Positions 44,745 through 59,596 of a stretch of 64,000 bases of DNA are shown piece by piece (the stretch's first letter is position 1; each line of letters opens with the position of its first letter). The DNA lies in NCBI RefSeq assembly GCF_009914755.1, contig NC_060926.1; one strand, 5' to 3'. Origin of the DNA: the human T2T-CHM13v2.0 reference genome, Homo sapiens. A program made the position numbers and the translations under genes. The notes under the pieces are model-generated. The model saw only the letters and a program-made list of their open reading frames with translations, was not told where the DNA came from and searched no databases.

Positions 44745-45748
44745 GACACCAGGGGCCAATCCTGGAGAAACCAAGATATGTGATCTTTTAGAAAGAGAAT
44801 TCAAAATAGCTGTGTTGAGGAAACTAAAAAAAATTCAAGATAACTCAGAGAAGGAATTCAGAATCCTATCAGATAAATTTAACAAAGACACTGAAATAAT
44901 TAAATAGAATCAAGCAGAAATTCTGCAGTTGAAAAATGCAACAGACATACTGAAGAGCACATTGGAGTCTCTTAATAGCAAAACTGATCAAGCAGAAGAA
45001 AGAATGAGTTAGCTTGAAGACACGCTATTTGAAAACAGAGGAGACAAAAAAAGAATTAAAAAAACAAGCACATCTGCAAGATCTAGAAAAAAGCCTCCAA
45101 AGGACAAATCCAAGACTTATTGGCCTTAAAAAGGAGGTAGAGAAAGAGACAGGGGTAGAAAGTGTATTCAAAGGGATAAGCAGAGAACTTCCTAAACCTA
45201 GAGAAAGATATTAATATCCAAGTACAAGAAGGTTATAAAACACCAGCAGATTTAACCCAAAGAAGACTACCTCAAGACATTGAATACTCCAAACTCCCAA
45301 AGGTCAAGGATAAAGAAAAGACTCTTTAAGCAGCAAGAGAAAGGAAAATATACACTGGAGATCTAATACATCTGACAGCAGACTTTTCAGTGGGAGCCTT
45401 ACAGGCCAGGATAGAGGGGAAAGGCATAAAGTGAGGAAGGAAAAAGAACTTTTGCCCTAGAATAGTATATTCAGCAAAAATATCCCTCAGACATGAAGTA
45501 GAAATCAAGACTTTCCCAGACAAACAAAAACTGACAGATTTCATTAACACCAGACCTGTCCTACAAGAAATGCTAAAGGGAGTACTTCAATCAGAAAAAA
45601 AAAGGATGCTAATCAGCAACAAGAAATCATCTGAAGGTATAAAACTCACTGGTAACAGTACACAGAAAAACAGAATATTACAACACTGTAATTGCGGTAT
45701 GTAAACTACTCTTAAGTAGAAAAACTAAAAGAAAAGAATACTTCTCAA

Positions 45749-46200
45749 TTGAGGCTAGCATTATTCTGATAACAAGACACAGATGTTACAAGAAAACTAC
45801 AGACAAATATACCTCATGAACATAAAAAATTCTTAAAATTTTAGCAAATCAAATACAATGTTAGAAGGGATAATACATCATGATCAAGTGGTATTTATCC
45901 TAAGAATACAAGGTTTAGTATTAGAAAAATCAATCAGTATAATTCACTGTATTAACAGACCAAAAATGAACAAAAATTGGTCATCTCCACAGAATAAAAA
46001 AGTAAATAAAATCTAAAATCTGTTCCTGATACAAACTCAGCAAACAGGAAATAAAGAGAACTGTGCCAATATAGCAAATAGCATATGAAAAAGACCTAAA
46101 GCTAACATCAAAGGAAATGGTGAAAGCCTAAATAGTATCTTCCTAAGAGCAGGAACAAGGGAAGAATGTCTGCTCTCACCACTTCTATTAACAACTTAAA
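45749..46200 (+). mobile_element. Continuation of host L1 ORF2 (RT region)
   Basis: gaggctagcattattctgata...gaaaactacagacaaatatacctcatgaac...ctctcaccacttctatt. Confidence 0.8.
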
Positions 46201-46217
46201 GGAAAAAAAAAAAAAAG

Positions 46218-48261
46218 GATTTAAAGTTGAAGAATGCCAGTTGGAGAATGGTTTGATAATCTGAAGAAGTGGTTTGGCTTAAAAACGTCAAGAAAACAGA
46301 AGAAGCAGCTACTGCCAACCAAGAGGCAGCAGAGGAGCTCCCAGACACCATTAAGAAAATCATTCAGGAGAAAGGTTATCTGCCTAAACAGGTTTGTTTG
46401 TTTGTTTTTGTTATTTTTGTTTTGTTTTTTATAGAGCGAGAGACAGGATCTCACTCTATTGCCCAGGCTGAAGTGCTGTGGCATGACCTTGGATCACTGC
46501 AGCCTCAACCTCCTGGGCTAAAGTGATCCTCTCATCTCAGCCTCCTGAGATGGAAACTGAGACCACAGGTGCATGCCACCACATACAGCTAATGCTCTTA
46601 TTTTTTATAGACATGGGGTCTCACTATGTTGCCCAGGCTGGTCTCAAATTCCTGGGCTCACGTGACCCTCCCATCTCGGCCTCCCAAAGTGCTGGGAGTG
46701 CAGGTGTAGGCCACTGTGTCTAGCACTGAACAGGTTTTTTAATGCAGATGAAAGTGCCCTATTTTGGGAAAAAAATGCCACAAGATATTAGTAAAGAAGA
46801 GAAGCAAGCACAGGATTTATGGCAGGAAAGGATAGGCTAACTCCATCCACTGTTTTGTGCAGATGCAGTCAAGTTTATGATCAGGACTGCTCTTATCTAC
46901 AAAGCTTTTAACCCTTGAGCCTTAAAGGGAAAAAATAAACACCAGCTGCCAGTCTTTTGGTTGTACAAAACAAAAACAAAAAGCAAAAAATAAAAAAAAC
47001 CATCTAGATAACAAAACCCTTTTTCTGGATTGGTTCCTTCCATGCTTTGTCTGTAAAGTCAGGAAGTACCTTCTCAGTAAGGAACTGCCTTTTAAAGTTC
47101 CTTTGATATTAGACAATGCCCCTGGCCACCCAGATCCCAGGAGTTCAACACTGAAGATGTCAAAATAGTCTACTTGACCCAAGCACAATATCTCTAATTC
47201 AGCATCTAGATCAGGGGGTCATAAGGACCTTTAAGGGTCATTAGACACGATACTCTAGGGAAGGGACTGTCAATTCAATGGAAGAGAACACCAACAGAGA
47301 GAATGTCATGAATGTCTGGAAGAATTTCATCATTGAAGATATATTGCTGTTACAGAAAAAACCTTTAAAGCCATCAAGCCTGAAACAAAAAATTCCTGCT
47401 GGAGAAAACTATGCCCAGATGTTGCACATGACTTCACAGGATTTATGAGAGTCAGTCAAGGAAATCATGAAAGAGATTGCAGATATGGCAAAAAAAAAAA
47501 AAAAGGTGGTGGGGGGTTGGGTGGGTGAAGGGTTTCGAGATATGGATCTTAGAGAAATTTAAGAGCTAACAGATACCAAACCAGAGGAATTAACAGAAGC
47601 AACTTGATGGAGATGAGTGCTTCTAAAGCAGTGCCAGACGATGAGGAAGAAGACAAAGAAGAAGCAGTGCCAGAAAGCAAAGTAACATCAGGCAATCTGG
47701 CAAATGGGTTTGATTCTCCAAGACTGCTTTGACTTCTTTTATGACAGGGATCCTCCCATGATACAGGCACTGAAACTAACAGTGGGAGGATTGGTACCAT
47801 ATAGAAACATTTTTAGAGAAATGAAAAAGCAAAAAAGCCAGACAGAAATTACAATGTATTTCTGTAAAGTTATACTGTGCCTGCCTCTTCTGTCTTTCCT
47901 TTCACTTCTGCCACCCTGACAGCAAAACCAACCCTTCCTCTTCCTCCTCAGCCTACTCAACATGAAGACAAGGATAGACACTTATGATGATCTACTTCCA
48001 CTTAAGGAATAGTAAATATATTTTCTCTTCCTTATGATTTCTTCGCCTTTCCTTTTCTGTAGCTTACTATATTGTAAGAATATAATACACAATACATATA
48101 AGAAATACACGTTAATTAACTATTTATATTATCAGTAAGACCTCTGGTCAACAGTAGACTATTAGTGGTTAAGCTTTGGGGAAGTCAAAAAGTTATACAT
48201 GGATTTTCCACTACATGGGGGGCTGGCTCCCCTAACCTCTCTGTTGTTCAAGGATCCACTC
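46218..48261 (+). mobile_element. Tigger2 DNA transposon (5'-truncated, decayed transposase), split by an AluJ
   Basis: Pogo-like peptide EAATANQEAAEELPDTIKKIIQEKGYLPKQV(FNADES); Tigger2 3' end gtcaaaagttatac...ttgttcaagg. Confidence 0.88.
46393..46724 (-). mobile_element. AluJ; TSD ct(a/g)aacaggttt
   Basis: Diverged Alu within Tigger2. Confidence 0.9.
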
Positions 48262-48297
48262 TAATATTGCTGAACTTCAATAAATGATCCACTTGGA

Positions 48298-48420
48298 AGC
48301 TGGCTGCAGTGGCACCAGCTTATAGTCCCAGCTACTCTAGAGGCTGAGGCAGGAGAATCATTTGAACCCAGAAGTTTGAGTCCAGCCTGGGCAACATTTA
48401 AAAACAAAACGACAACAACA
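48298..48420 (+). mobile_element. FLAM-like Alu monomer
   Basis: tagtcccagctact...gaggctgaggcaggagaatc...cagcctgggcaaca. Confidence 0.75.
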
Positions 48421-50687
48421 AATCACTTAAAGCTAAACTAGATGTTTCAGCCAGTTTGTAAATTTCTCCAGAAAATATTGAGTATGCAGAGAACAGAAAT
48501 CGGAAGAGAAAAATAAAGCATAGTAGATATTGAGATATACTCAGAGTTGAAAATAAACAAAAACAAGGTTAATTTAACAGTGTGAACAGAAATAGACTAA
48601 AAATAATTATCCATATTCTACATGGAATCTCTGTTTATGTTACAGTTGGTATAAATGCCTATTTACCTAGTACTATAATAAATGTAAAGACAGATCTCTA
48701 ATTCACAGGCACTGAGATAAAGGACAATGTGGTTAAGCAATAACTGAAGACTCAATAGCACTTAAAGGGATAGTTTCTAAGTGCTAATTCCAATGATGGA
48801 ATGAAAATAGCAGAAAGGTATTTCCATTGTTAAGGTACTTTGAAAAACTTCTTACCACAAACTGAAACATAAAATGCTACATATGATTATGCCCAACATT
48901 TGCTTTTTCAATATCCTTTACGTTTTTCTGACTACAGCGAAGAAGTAACTTTGGTTAATCTCTTTTTAGTTTCTACTTACACCTAGGTCTGGGTATGGTA
49001 GTTTGGGATTGTGGAGGAGGGAGCTGCTAATCTGTCATTTAAAGCAACAGCTGATTTCTAGTTCAGCAACAGGCCACTGCATCATCTACACATAAGAGGC
49101 AGCTGAACCCTTTATAGATTGGCAGGACATACCACAAATAGCCACAATCAAGAATTTGGAGTTCCCTGTATTCACGCAACATCCTGTACCCATGTCAATA
49201 ATTAGACATAATTTTACAATCCTAGAAAATTAGAGCAATAAAATCATAACAAAGCAACTGGTAATATTATGAAGATCTTAGCATTTCTTGTAAAGCTTTC
49301 TATCTTTATAAATGTTGGTTCTTTGCTAATACATTATAATAACAAACTCTACTGAAAACCATTACAGTCACATGTCACTCTAACAGCCAAAAATCTTATT
49401 ACATGATTTTGGAACACATACACAAGTGTGTGCAGAAAGCAGTATTTCTCTTCCACAGACAAATGGTAAATTATTTATCATGAAAATAATATTTAAAAGA
49501 TCATTTTTAAAAAGGTCTTTGCATGGTGGAAGACTAAAACTAGTACTTTTCATAATATGAAGGATAACAACATTTCCAAGTTTTGAAAAGCTTTTCTAGC
49601 TCTTCAAAAATGTAATTTTCACTATAGCAATTAAACCAAAATGCACAGAATAGCCATTTTAGCTATACAAAAGGATATACGGTACAATGACATCAAAGGC
49701 ACATATGTCATAGTTTTTGCTACTGATATCCTAGAATTGTTTTTGTATGTCATCTTTTCAAAGAAACATATCTTCACCATATAATCTACATTAGCATTAA
49801 ATACACCTTTGAGAAACTGTTTAAAAGAACAAAATATTTTGATATCATTATGCCATTTTTTTTACTTAAGCTGGAGATAAATGAACAGAATCTATGTCTT
49901 TTTAAATACAGGACAGTAATTCAACAGTAATTTTTAAAAACAAAGTATACTCCATATAATTGTATGCCTTAAGTTTAAGTGAATTTCCTGTGAGGACTGG
50001 GAAATGGATATTTACATCAGAGAAATGTTTTCTTCTTGGCGTCTATTTTTAGTTAAAACCGTTATTTAAAATCCAATTTTAAAGCAGAGTACAGACAGAA
50101 AGCCAGTAAGTTTGACTCCCTCACTTCTGACACGAAGGCAGATGTTTTCCCTACATTTTTCCTACTTAAATCATACTAGAAAGTTGTGGTACATATTCCA
50201 GATTGAGTGTACCAATTTACATTCCCTCTCTAAACAGTGACTCCATTTCATGATGTGAGCATGAGGAAAGAATGGTGTATGGTTTCAGTGTCTTGTTTAG
50301 TTATTAAATACTTACTGAGAGCTAATCACATGCCAGGTATGGTGCCGGGTACAGGGACACAAAGATATGGTTTATGCTTATGCTTAATGTCTTTGCTAGA
50401 CGATTAAACTACAATGTTACAATTCTGGAAATCCATTTCTCTGATGACCACTGGTGAGAAAGTGGATGGAACCAGTAAGCTTTTATCTGGCAAAGGCTTC
50501 GTCATCCATTCAGTTCTAAGTGCATCAAGTATCTGTCAAGTACTTTCATGAGCACAGAAGTTTGTCAGAATTGAACAAAATAACTCTAAGGAACTGTGAC
50601 TGTTAGCAATGAAAAAAATGTGACGATCTGCAGAGAGGGAAAGTGACTAAACGTAATGGCTTGAGGTTCGAAGGGTAATGGCTACAT

Positions 50688-50721
50688 ATCTACATGGTGA
50701 CTAAATCTACATGGTGACTAA
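50688..50721. repeat. Perfect 17-bp tandem duplication
   Basis: atctacatggtgactaa twice. Confidence 0.95.
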
Positions 50722-51529
50722 TAAAAGGAAGCTTAAACACTTGACAACACGCTTCATGGCACTCTAGAGAGTTTACAAAGTATGTCACATATATTATTTC
50801 ATTTTAACTTTCCTGACCATATCATTTTACAAGGCAAGAAATGAGTGAGGGTAAACCAGGCTTTCAGTAGTACACTAACTCTGCATTTCCCAAAGTGTGT
50901 TCTGTGGAATTGGAATATTACAGTCATTAGGAAGATCACTTTAAAGATCAAATGTTCCAGAAAACACACTTTGGTAAACTGCAATGATTTGCCAAATAAG
51001 ACCAAAATAATTAAGTCAGAGAACATACTTTCAGGGGCAAAATCAGTAACAGCTAGCGCGGGTCAGGGCCCTGGAAAAAGACCACCAAATTGGATCTACA
51101 GGAGATCGCGCCACACCTAGCTGCAGTCACCACCATCTCCTTTCAGCTATACGCTGAACAGCTCACTGTAGCAATTAATGTCGTCCCCCAAAATATTTAC
51201 TGACCTTCTATTGTAGTCCATCTATTACACTAGAAGCTGGAGATATAACAAGGAATAAGACAAAGAAGGCCCCTGATCCCATGAAGCTTACATTCCAGTT
51301 AAGGGAAATAAAAACAAAAAAAATTAGATTGATTAGTCCTAGGCAGGAGGAAAAGCAAAAATACCTAGATGATATGATAGAATATGACTGAGATAAGCTA
51401 TTAAAATAAAAACAAACAAACAAAAAATAAAACCCTAGAAACACTCAGAAGGGCTTTCCTAAACGGCGATCATGAAAATAGCCCTAAATTTACATGACAA
51501 TGAAGAACAGGAACAAATACTACTGCAAT

Positions 51530-51760
51530 AGTAGTTAACGTTTATGAAGTACTTACTATGTACAGGTTATGTACTAAGATTTAAATGCTTTGTTATTTAA
51601 ACTTCACAATTTAAATATCATTAACTATTCTCGTCTTACAAATGAATAAATTGAGGCATAAAGAAATTAAATTACATGTCCAAGATTAAAAAAAAAACCT
51701 TAAAAACTAGTACAGCTAAAATTCAAATCTGGCAATCAAGAGGCTAAGTTCCTAACTACT
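51530..51760 (-). mobile_element. MIR
   Basis: acttactatgt...tttaaacttcacaa...caaatgaataaattgaggca...aattcaaatct. Confidence 0.6.
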
Positions 51761-53443
51761 TGGTCATCTGACCAAATAGTATCTATCTGGTAGATAGTAA
51801 CCTGCCATTTCAATATTTTTAAAGATTTCTTGTATTTTCTAATTGTCTATTACATGCAACTAACTTGTCTACCTCACTGAAGTGACTAACGAGGAGAAAC
51901 CCAACAAAGGATTATAAAATGTCAAGCTTTTTGTCTTAGAAATGAGCAGAAAGTACATCTCGATGTTCCATTTTACCTAGAGTATAAAGAAATTCATCAA
52001 AGCTTTCATGCAGTAAAAGTTAGAGAGTCAGGCTAAATTCCTTGTATCAGAAAGAGAAAAATACATGAGTAACCAAGTTCTATTAATAATACAGAAACTG
52101 AAGAGGATTTAAGCAAGAGATGAGAAAACTATAGTCCTAAGTGGTTAAGGAACTGAATCACACACATTTACCTAATTAACGAGGGAGCTAGGAACAGAAC
52201 CACCATTCCCCTTAATGTCTCTCCACCATTATGAGGAAAGGGGGCAATTAAGGCAGAAGTCTGGAAATGCCAGTGCAGCCCAGGGGACAGACTGGGTACA
52301 GTCAGTGGTCAGATACTGGTATTGCTGAGAAAAACAAGCACAATCACAAGATATATGAAACCAAAGACAGCCAAAAATGGGTCACATCCAGTCACTACAA
52401 TGACTGCAATTAACTGTGAGAATCCATTGACTGTACATGCAAAGTAACAAGGTAGAGGTGCAGAGTCCAGGAATACGGACTAAATAGAAAGTGAACACAA
52501 TCAGAAAAAGTTGTAAGAGAAGCAAGACCAGGGTAGAGGTGGGCCCCCTGTATCACCAGACAGGGGAGTCCGTTAACAACTGTCTTCTCAGAACTACCTG
52601 TGGAGTTCTTGGCATACAAGATGCCCAGGCTCCACCTTGTAGGTGCTAAGAACCTCTTAAGTGAAGCTCTGCTTTGGATCATTTTGTCACTCAAGAGGGG
52701 CTTTTAATTTCTTGCTTCTTAACAGAAAATATACGATTCAGATATATTCCGAAAGTACATTATTCCTTTCCTCCTCATATCAATATCTACATCTTTAAGT
52801 AAGAGCATACACACTTACTCGCTAATTCCTATTACAATCTTTCAAGGTGACTGCAAGGGAAGAGTAGTTCAAGGAATATCTGCTAGAGAACATGATTCTC
52901 ATGGTCAGCTTTAAAGCACTCTCATAGTTAAACTTGATTTTGTTCCTCTCTGTCTTGATACTTTACAATAAGCAACATGTTCCTAATCTCTATAGAAATA
53001 GCCAAATCTAGAAAACAGAAACACTCACCAACCTCTCCATCAAAAGCCAAAATGAGAAGCAAAGAGAGGCACCAATCTTCTCTGAAGATCACTGCACCCC
53101 AGATGCAGGAACAAAAATCCTGCTCTTAACCTTAAAATTGTATCTTACTACTAAATCCTAGTTAGTAGGTGGAATTTTGGAGTTTACATTAAAATCTTCT
53201 ATTAAATAGTTTTCACAAACTATTGCGGGGGAATTAAGAGGCTAGTAGCAATTCCAAAACAGCTTACAAAATAATGTTAGGCAAATTTTTTAGAAGAATA
53301 CATTTTCTTCAGAAAACATTTCAGTAATGTTTTTGAGAAATGGCCCCCACATTCCACCCCCACTACCACCTGCTTGCAGATCTCTTTCTTCTACTCTGTC
53401 TGCCTACTATGCCTCAATTCTCTTAAGAGTATGTACCAACCTA

Positions 53444-53739
53444 GGCCGGGTGCGGTGGCTCACGCCTGTAATCACAGCACTTTGGGAGGCCCAGGTGGGC
53501 GGATCACGACATCAGGAGATCGAGACCATCCTGGCTAACACGGTGAAACCCCGTCTCTAGTAAAAATACAAAAAATTAGCTGGGCGTGGTGGCACATGCA
53601 TGTAGTCCCAGCTACTCGGGGGGTGCTGGGGCAGGAGAATCACTTGAACCTGGGAGTCAGAGGTTGCAGTGAGCTGAGATGACGCCACTGCACTCCAGCC
53701 TGGGCAACACAGTGAGACTCCAACTCAAAAAAAAAAAAG
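53444..53739 (+). mobile_element. AluSc/Y-like; TSD aagagtatgtaccaa(c/t)cta
   Basis: Full Alu with TSD. Confidence 0.93.
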
Positions 53740-54476
53740 AGTATGTACCAATCTAATACTTTGAACCTTGTATGAAAGCCAAGTATTATGTAAAAAATGG
53801 GAATTCATTTATCCAAAATTAAACCACCAACTTCATAGAGAATCTTAAATATTATCACCAACAATTTTTTAGAGAACTGAAAAGTTCAAGAGGTTATAAG
53901 CAATTCCATGAGCCAAATCCCTAAGTTGGGTTTGGTTCACAACCAGATTTTCTTTTCTGCAAAATGACAGCCTACACTTGTAAAAGTCCAAACTTCTCCT
54001 AGATGTTATTTAAATGTTATAGCTCTCAAAAACAGTTCCAAATGAATGGGCTTCATTTTAAAAGTATGTACTACAACTGAACAAGCATCAGAAGTATTAA
54101 AATTTCCTTCAGATGTTTTATGCTTACTGATATGACTTTGTTTAAGCAACAAAGGAAAATTTGACAAGTTCTGCACTAAAATAATGGGAATTCTCAGTGC
54201 AAAATCCTTTTGCACTTATTGGTGCACAAGTAAGTAAGTACAATCTAGTTTCAATTTAATTATTACTTAGAAACAGACTTACGGAATTAAATGCCCTTAA
54301 ATTTGAGTGGGAAAAAGGAGACAGTCAATTAAAAGAAAGGAAAGTGAAATTATGGTGAAAAGATAACCGTACGTATTACTTCAATGAGGATCAATCACAC
54401 TGTGCCACTTTATCAAGTTCCTGTGGTATTTATGTCTCTCCAATCCTTATAAATTAATGTCAGGCATTAATAGTCA

Positions 54477-54942
<466 letters not shown>

Positions 54943-55699
54943 TTAGGACTCAAATTTAAGTCATACTAACTGGGTAACTCATTCAATTATATGGTAAATT
55001 GTATGGTATATGAATTATATCTCAATTAAACTGTCAAAAATTTTCAGTCAGATGCTGGGAGGGTGGAGTTGGGAGGGCTGTCCTGTTTGAAAACAAAACT
55101 TCAGAATAACTAAGCCTTCTACATGAGCTTACCAATGAAACCAAATGCTAAACAGGCTCTGGTAAAACCAAATAGATAAGATGTTTCTGGCATGTTAATA
55201 AAGAAATTCCTTCAACTAATTTGGTTCTTGACTTGATCGGCAGCCAATAAAACGCCTTTGCTAACTGCAATTCTGACCCACTCCTTTCCCCTCTGTGCAA
55301 GAGACATATGTGAAGAGGGTGAGAACCACATGCTTCTACCAGAAGGAAAAAATAATCTGGCAATCATCATGGATTGGTTTAAGGAGGGCAGAAAAAAAAG
55401 CTGGCCATGTTTTATTCCAGAAGATTTTTAAAAGCATGAACTATTTTCCTCACAGACACAATCTCTTCAACCAGAAGAAAGCAAGCATTATTTTCCTTTA
55501 GTGAGTATACAGTTCCATTTCTGCAAGTTTGACTATTTAAAGAAATTTACTCTTTTCTAACCACTGTCCCCTCTCATATCCAGAAGGGTACTTTGGGGAT
55601 TTTTCTGAGATCACTGAACCCTCTTCTTCCTTAGCATAAAAAAGAATATTTTTAAAAATGATAATCAACACTACAATGTTTTCACACATCTATTTTTGG

Positions 55700-55945
55700 C
55701 AGTATAGCCGAATGTATGGAGTCTGGAGGCAAACTGGGTTCAACTGCTGGCTCTGCCATTTACTAGCTGTGGAGCCTTGGGAAAAAAACTACAAAAGCTC
55801 TCTGGGCCCCTCTATTTTCATTTGTAAAATAGAGATAATTAAAGTTCCTACAACATAGCATGGATTAAGACTAAAATTGGTTCTTACATGTAAAAGTTCA
55901 CAGAATAATGCTTAGCACATAGTAAGTGGTGTATAATTATTATTA
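55700..55945 (+). mobile_element. MIR
   Basis: ctgggttcaa...ggctctgccatttactagctgtg...ttgtaaaatagagataat...gcacatagtaagtg. Confidence 0.85.
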
Positions 55946-56096
55946 TTTCAAAGAGTAAATGAGTAACTTAAAAATACGAGAACTGTTTGGCTTGTCAACT
56001 TGTAACAGAGTTGTGAAAATTTCTAAAAAGCTATACAGATATACTGAGATTGAGCAAATTCATAAATGGATACCAGGCAGTGAAAGCCAGGTTTCT

Positions 56097-56402
56097 TTTC
56101 TTTTTTTTTTTTTTTTGTGTGTGAGACAGAGTCTTGCCCTGTCGCCCAGGCTGGAGGGCAGTGGCACAATCTCGGCTCACTGCAAGCTCCTCCTCCTGGA
56201 TTCACGCCATTCTCCGGCCTCAGCCTCCTGAATAGCTGGGACTACAGGCGCCTATCACCACGCCCGGCTAATTTTTTGTATTTTTAGTAGAGACGTGGTT
56301 TCACCGTGTTAGCCAGGATGGTCTTGATCTCCTGACCTTGTGATCCACCCCCTCCGTCTCCCAAAGTGCTGGGATTACAGGCGTGAGCCACCGCACCCGC
56401 CC
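56097..56402 (-). mobile_element. AluY; TSD gaaagccaggtttctt
   Basis: AluY diagnostics and 16-bp TSD. Confidence 0.92.
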
Positions 56403-56805
56403 GAAAGCCAGGTTTCTTACTACTGGATTAGGAAACTACAGATAAACAATGGGGGAAGGCCAGAACAAACCATGTGATGCTAGATTAGATCAAGAGATAT
56501 CAGTTTAGCTTAAAACAGATACAGACAGAGAGATACTAAAATAATTATAGATATGTATGTATACGTGGTTTAGCAATATATACACGTATTTCCTAGCTTC
56601 ATCTACTAAGAGAAATCCTAGAATCAATGACACGCCAACAGCAAACATACTCAGAGCCCAGATCTTGGTATCTAACACCATTCTCTAACAGAAGGAACCA
56701 GGGCTCCTTGGAAAAATGTCTGCTTATCAGGCTAGGGCAGAGAAATACAAGATGAGCCTAAAGCATCTTGCAGTGCCAGAAAGTAAGCATTAAAAACAAA
56801 ATGAT

Positions 56806-57102
56806 GGCTGGGTGCAGTGGCTCACACCTGTAATCTGAGCACTTTGGGAGGCCGAGGTGGGCAGATTATGAGGTCAAGAGACAAAGACCATCCTGGCCAA
56901 CATGGTGAAACCCTATCTCCACTAAAAAAATAGAAAAATTAGCTGGACGTGGTGGCGCGTGCCTGTAGTCCCACGTACTCAGGAGGCTGAGGCAGGAGAA
57001 TTGCTTGAACCCAGGAGGCAGAAGGTTGCAGTGAGCAGAGACTGCACCACTGCACTCCAGCCTGGTAACAGAACAAGACTCCGTCTCAAAAAAAAAAAAA
57101 AA
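56806..57102 (+). mobile_element. AluSc-like
   Basis: Full Alu; TSD aaaaca(a)aatgat. Confidence 0.93.
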
Positions 57103-57475
57103 CAAATGATGGGGACCTATGAATGGGACACAGGAAAGAGCCTGAAAGAGCTCCCAATGGCTAAGTTGGAGCAATCTGGGCAACAAAATAAATCATGTAG
57201 TACTGGATCATAACCCAAAGTATAAAATAAATATCCATACATCCATACTAATATAAAATAACTGAATAAATACATAAATGAGGACAAAGACATAAATCCC
57301 TACAGAAGAATTTCAAGTAATTTACGAAGCTACTCCCTTCCTCAAAGAGGTGAAGTTTAACTTCTTACCTCTTGAGTGTGGCGCTGTGTTTAGTGACTTG
57401 CTTCCAAACAGAACAAAATGGAAAAGTGGGGAAAAGTAGTTTTACAGTGCAGAAACCTGGTTAACTAAAAAGCCA

Positions 57476-57541
57476 GGTGATCAAAGTTAACATTGCCGGT
57501 GATCAAAGTTAACACTGCCGGTGATCAAAGTTAATATTGCC
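57476..57541. repeat. 22-bp tandem repeat x3
   Basis: ggtgatcaaagttaacattgcc with single-base variants. Confidence 0.95.
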
Positions 57542-59295
57542 AGTGATAAATTATGTCAACAGCATACATACTTCATTCTCCCTAGAATCTATAACCGCAA
57601 TCTAACCATGAGAAAAAAAAAAACAAAAAACCTTAAATTTAGAAACACTCTACAAAACATTGACCAGCACTCCTTAAAACTATCAAAGTTATCAAAACGT
57701 CTGTGAAGCTGTCACACACCAGAAAATTCTGCTTAAGGGGACATAGTAACTAGAATATGGTATCCTGGATGGAATCCTGAGACAGAAAGAGGCATTAGAG
57801 AAAAACTAGTGAAATCCAAATAGACGGTGGAGCTTAGTTAACAGTCATGTTCTGATACTGGTCCTCAGTTGTGCCAAATGTACCATGGTAACATGTTAAC
57901 AAAAAACGAAACTGGGTTAGGAGTCTTTGTGACTTTTTGTAAATCCAAAAATATTCTAAAATAAAGTTTATTTTTTAAAAATCTTATATAGTAAGTGAAA
58001 TATTTTAAATAATGTTTTAAATAGTATGAACTTAAAAAGATAAGTTTAACAAAAAGGTATTTCTCATCCAAAACAACTAATTTTATCATGTATTAATAAG
58101 TGAATACTTTCTGCAAACAATAGTGTTAAAAAAAAACTAGATCCCTTTACTGCCAGACAAAATAAGTTTAGTTTACAGATTTTTCTTCTAAAGCCCACCA
58201 AAATAAGTTAAATTATATTTTAAAAATACATTGTCTAAAATCTTATAAAGCAGTTTATTTAAATTTCACCTTTTTATATTATTTTCTATAAAAGCAGTAT
58301 TACCTTATAGAAATATTCTCTACATTTTAATTCAAATATTGCATCATAGCGCGATAGAAACAGCTAAAGAAACTCAACACAAACAATACAGACCTACTAT
58401 AAAAATAGCAGCTCCGCCCAGTAATTAACAGAAACCTCCAATTTTGGTTTTTGAAAGAAAAAAAGTTTGTCAAACCTCATGTGAACACAGTTTACTGGAG
58501 GAAATAAAATCTCAACATTCCAAATAAAAACATCTTCTATGATTAGCAGATCCTAGTAGTATTGGTGAATTAACATCACAGCACTAACCAGAAATAAGAG
58601 ACCCCAGAAGAAAAATATCAACACAATGATTATGAAATAAAAATGACTAACTTCTTCAAGCTGAATGGCATTCAAAAACTAAACATAACTGTGTGTGGAC
58701 TGTTTCTGCAAAAGGCTTTATATTCTCTGCTCAATGCTTTTTGAAGATTTGGAGTTTGTGGTTTTACTGACGGGATAGAAGATGGTGGAGCACAGGATGG
58801 GGACAGGCAAAAGCAAGGTATGGAAACGGAAAGATGAAAAAGGTTTAGTAATGACATATCCCATCTGACTTTCCTATCACTCAGCACTTTCAATGGTCTC
58901 TTCTTTCCACTGTGTCACCTCCTGAGAATGAAATGGAGGAAGAGGAGTATGAACCCCCTGGCCTAGGGTCAGAGAGAGATTCTAAGTCACCTATTCCTCT
59001 GAGGCACTGAAAGGAATACAAGAATCCAAAAAGGGCTTTTAAGGACACACAGGTGTTGAAAGCAAACGCTAAACAATCATGGGTAATCAATCTTTCACTA
59101 CTCTTATTTACTCCATTATTCTTAACTTATTTCAACTGGGAAATATTTAGTAACTTATAATACTTAAAACTAAAGACCATAACTTCCATATACACGTGCA
59201 CTTACAGAATAGGTGTTTTATATTTTATTTCATTTATTTGCTCAAATGTCACTATTCAAAGGTAAAACTGAAGTCATGAATCATGAATTCCATAT

Positions 59296-59596
59296 TTTTT
59301 TTAATTTTGTTTTTTGTTTAGAGACAGTCTCACTGTGTTGCCTAGGCTGGAGTGCAGTACTGCAATCATAGCTTACAGCAGCCTTGAACTCCTGGGCTCA
59401 AGTGATGTTCCTGCTTCAGCCTCCCAAGTAGCTAGGACTACAGGCATGTGCCACCATGCCTGGCTTTTTTTTTTTTTTAAGAGATGAGGTCTAGCTATGT
59501 TGTCCAGGCTGGTCTCGAACTCCTGGCCTCAAGCAATCCTCCCACCTCAGCATCCTGAAGTGTTGGAATTACAAGCATGAGACATCATGCCCGGCC
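59296..59596 (-). mobile_element. AluJ
   Basis: Diverged Alu. Confidence 0.9.

Larger units (their letters stand above)
56020..57975 (+). mobile_element. L1MC/MD-type long 3' UTR fragment with two Alus
   Basis: cccagatcttgg...gaaggaaccagggctccttggaaaaatg...atggtatcctggatggaatcctg...aaaatattctaaaataaagttt. Confidence 0.75.

Noticed and set aside
46218-48261. Domesticated pogo/TIGD-like transposase gene
   Set aside because: 5'-truncated, Alu-interrupted, with multiple frameshifts and stops.
57476-57541. CRISPR-like array (also 42171-42240)
   Set aside because: Head-to-tail repeats without unique spacers, in eukaryotic DNA with no cas genes.
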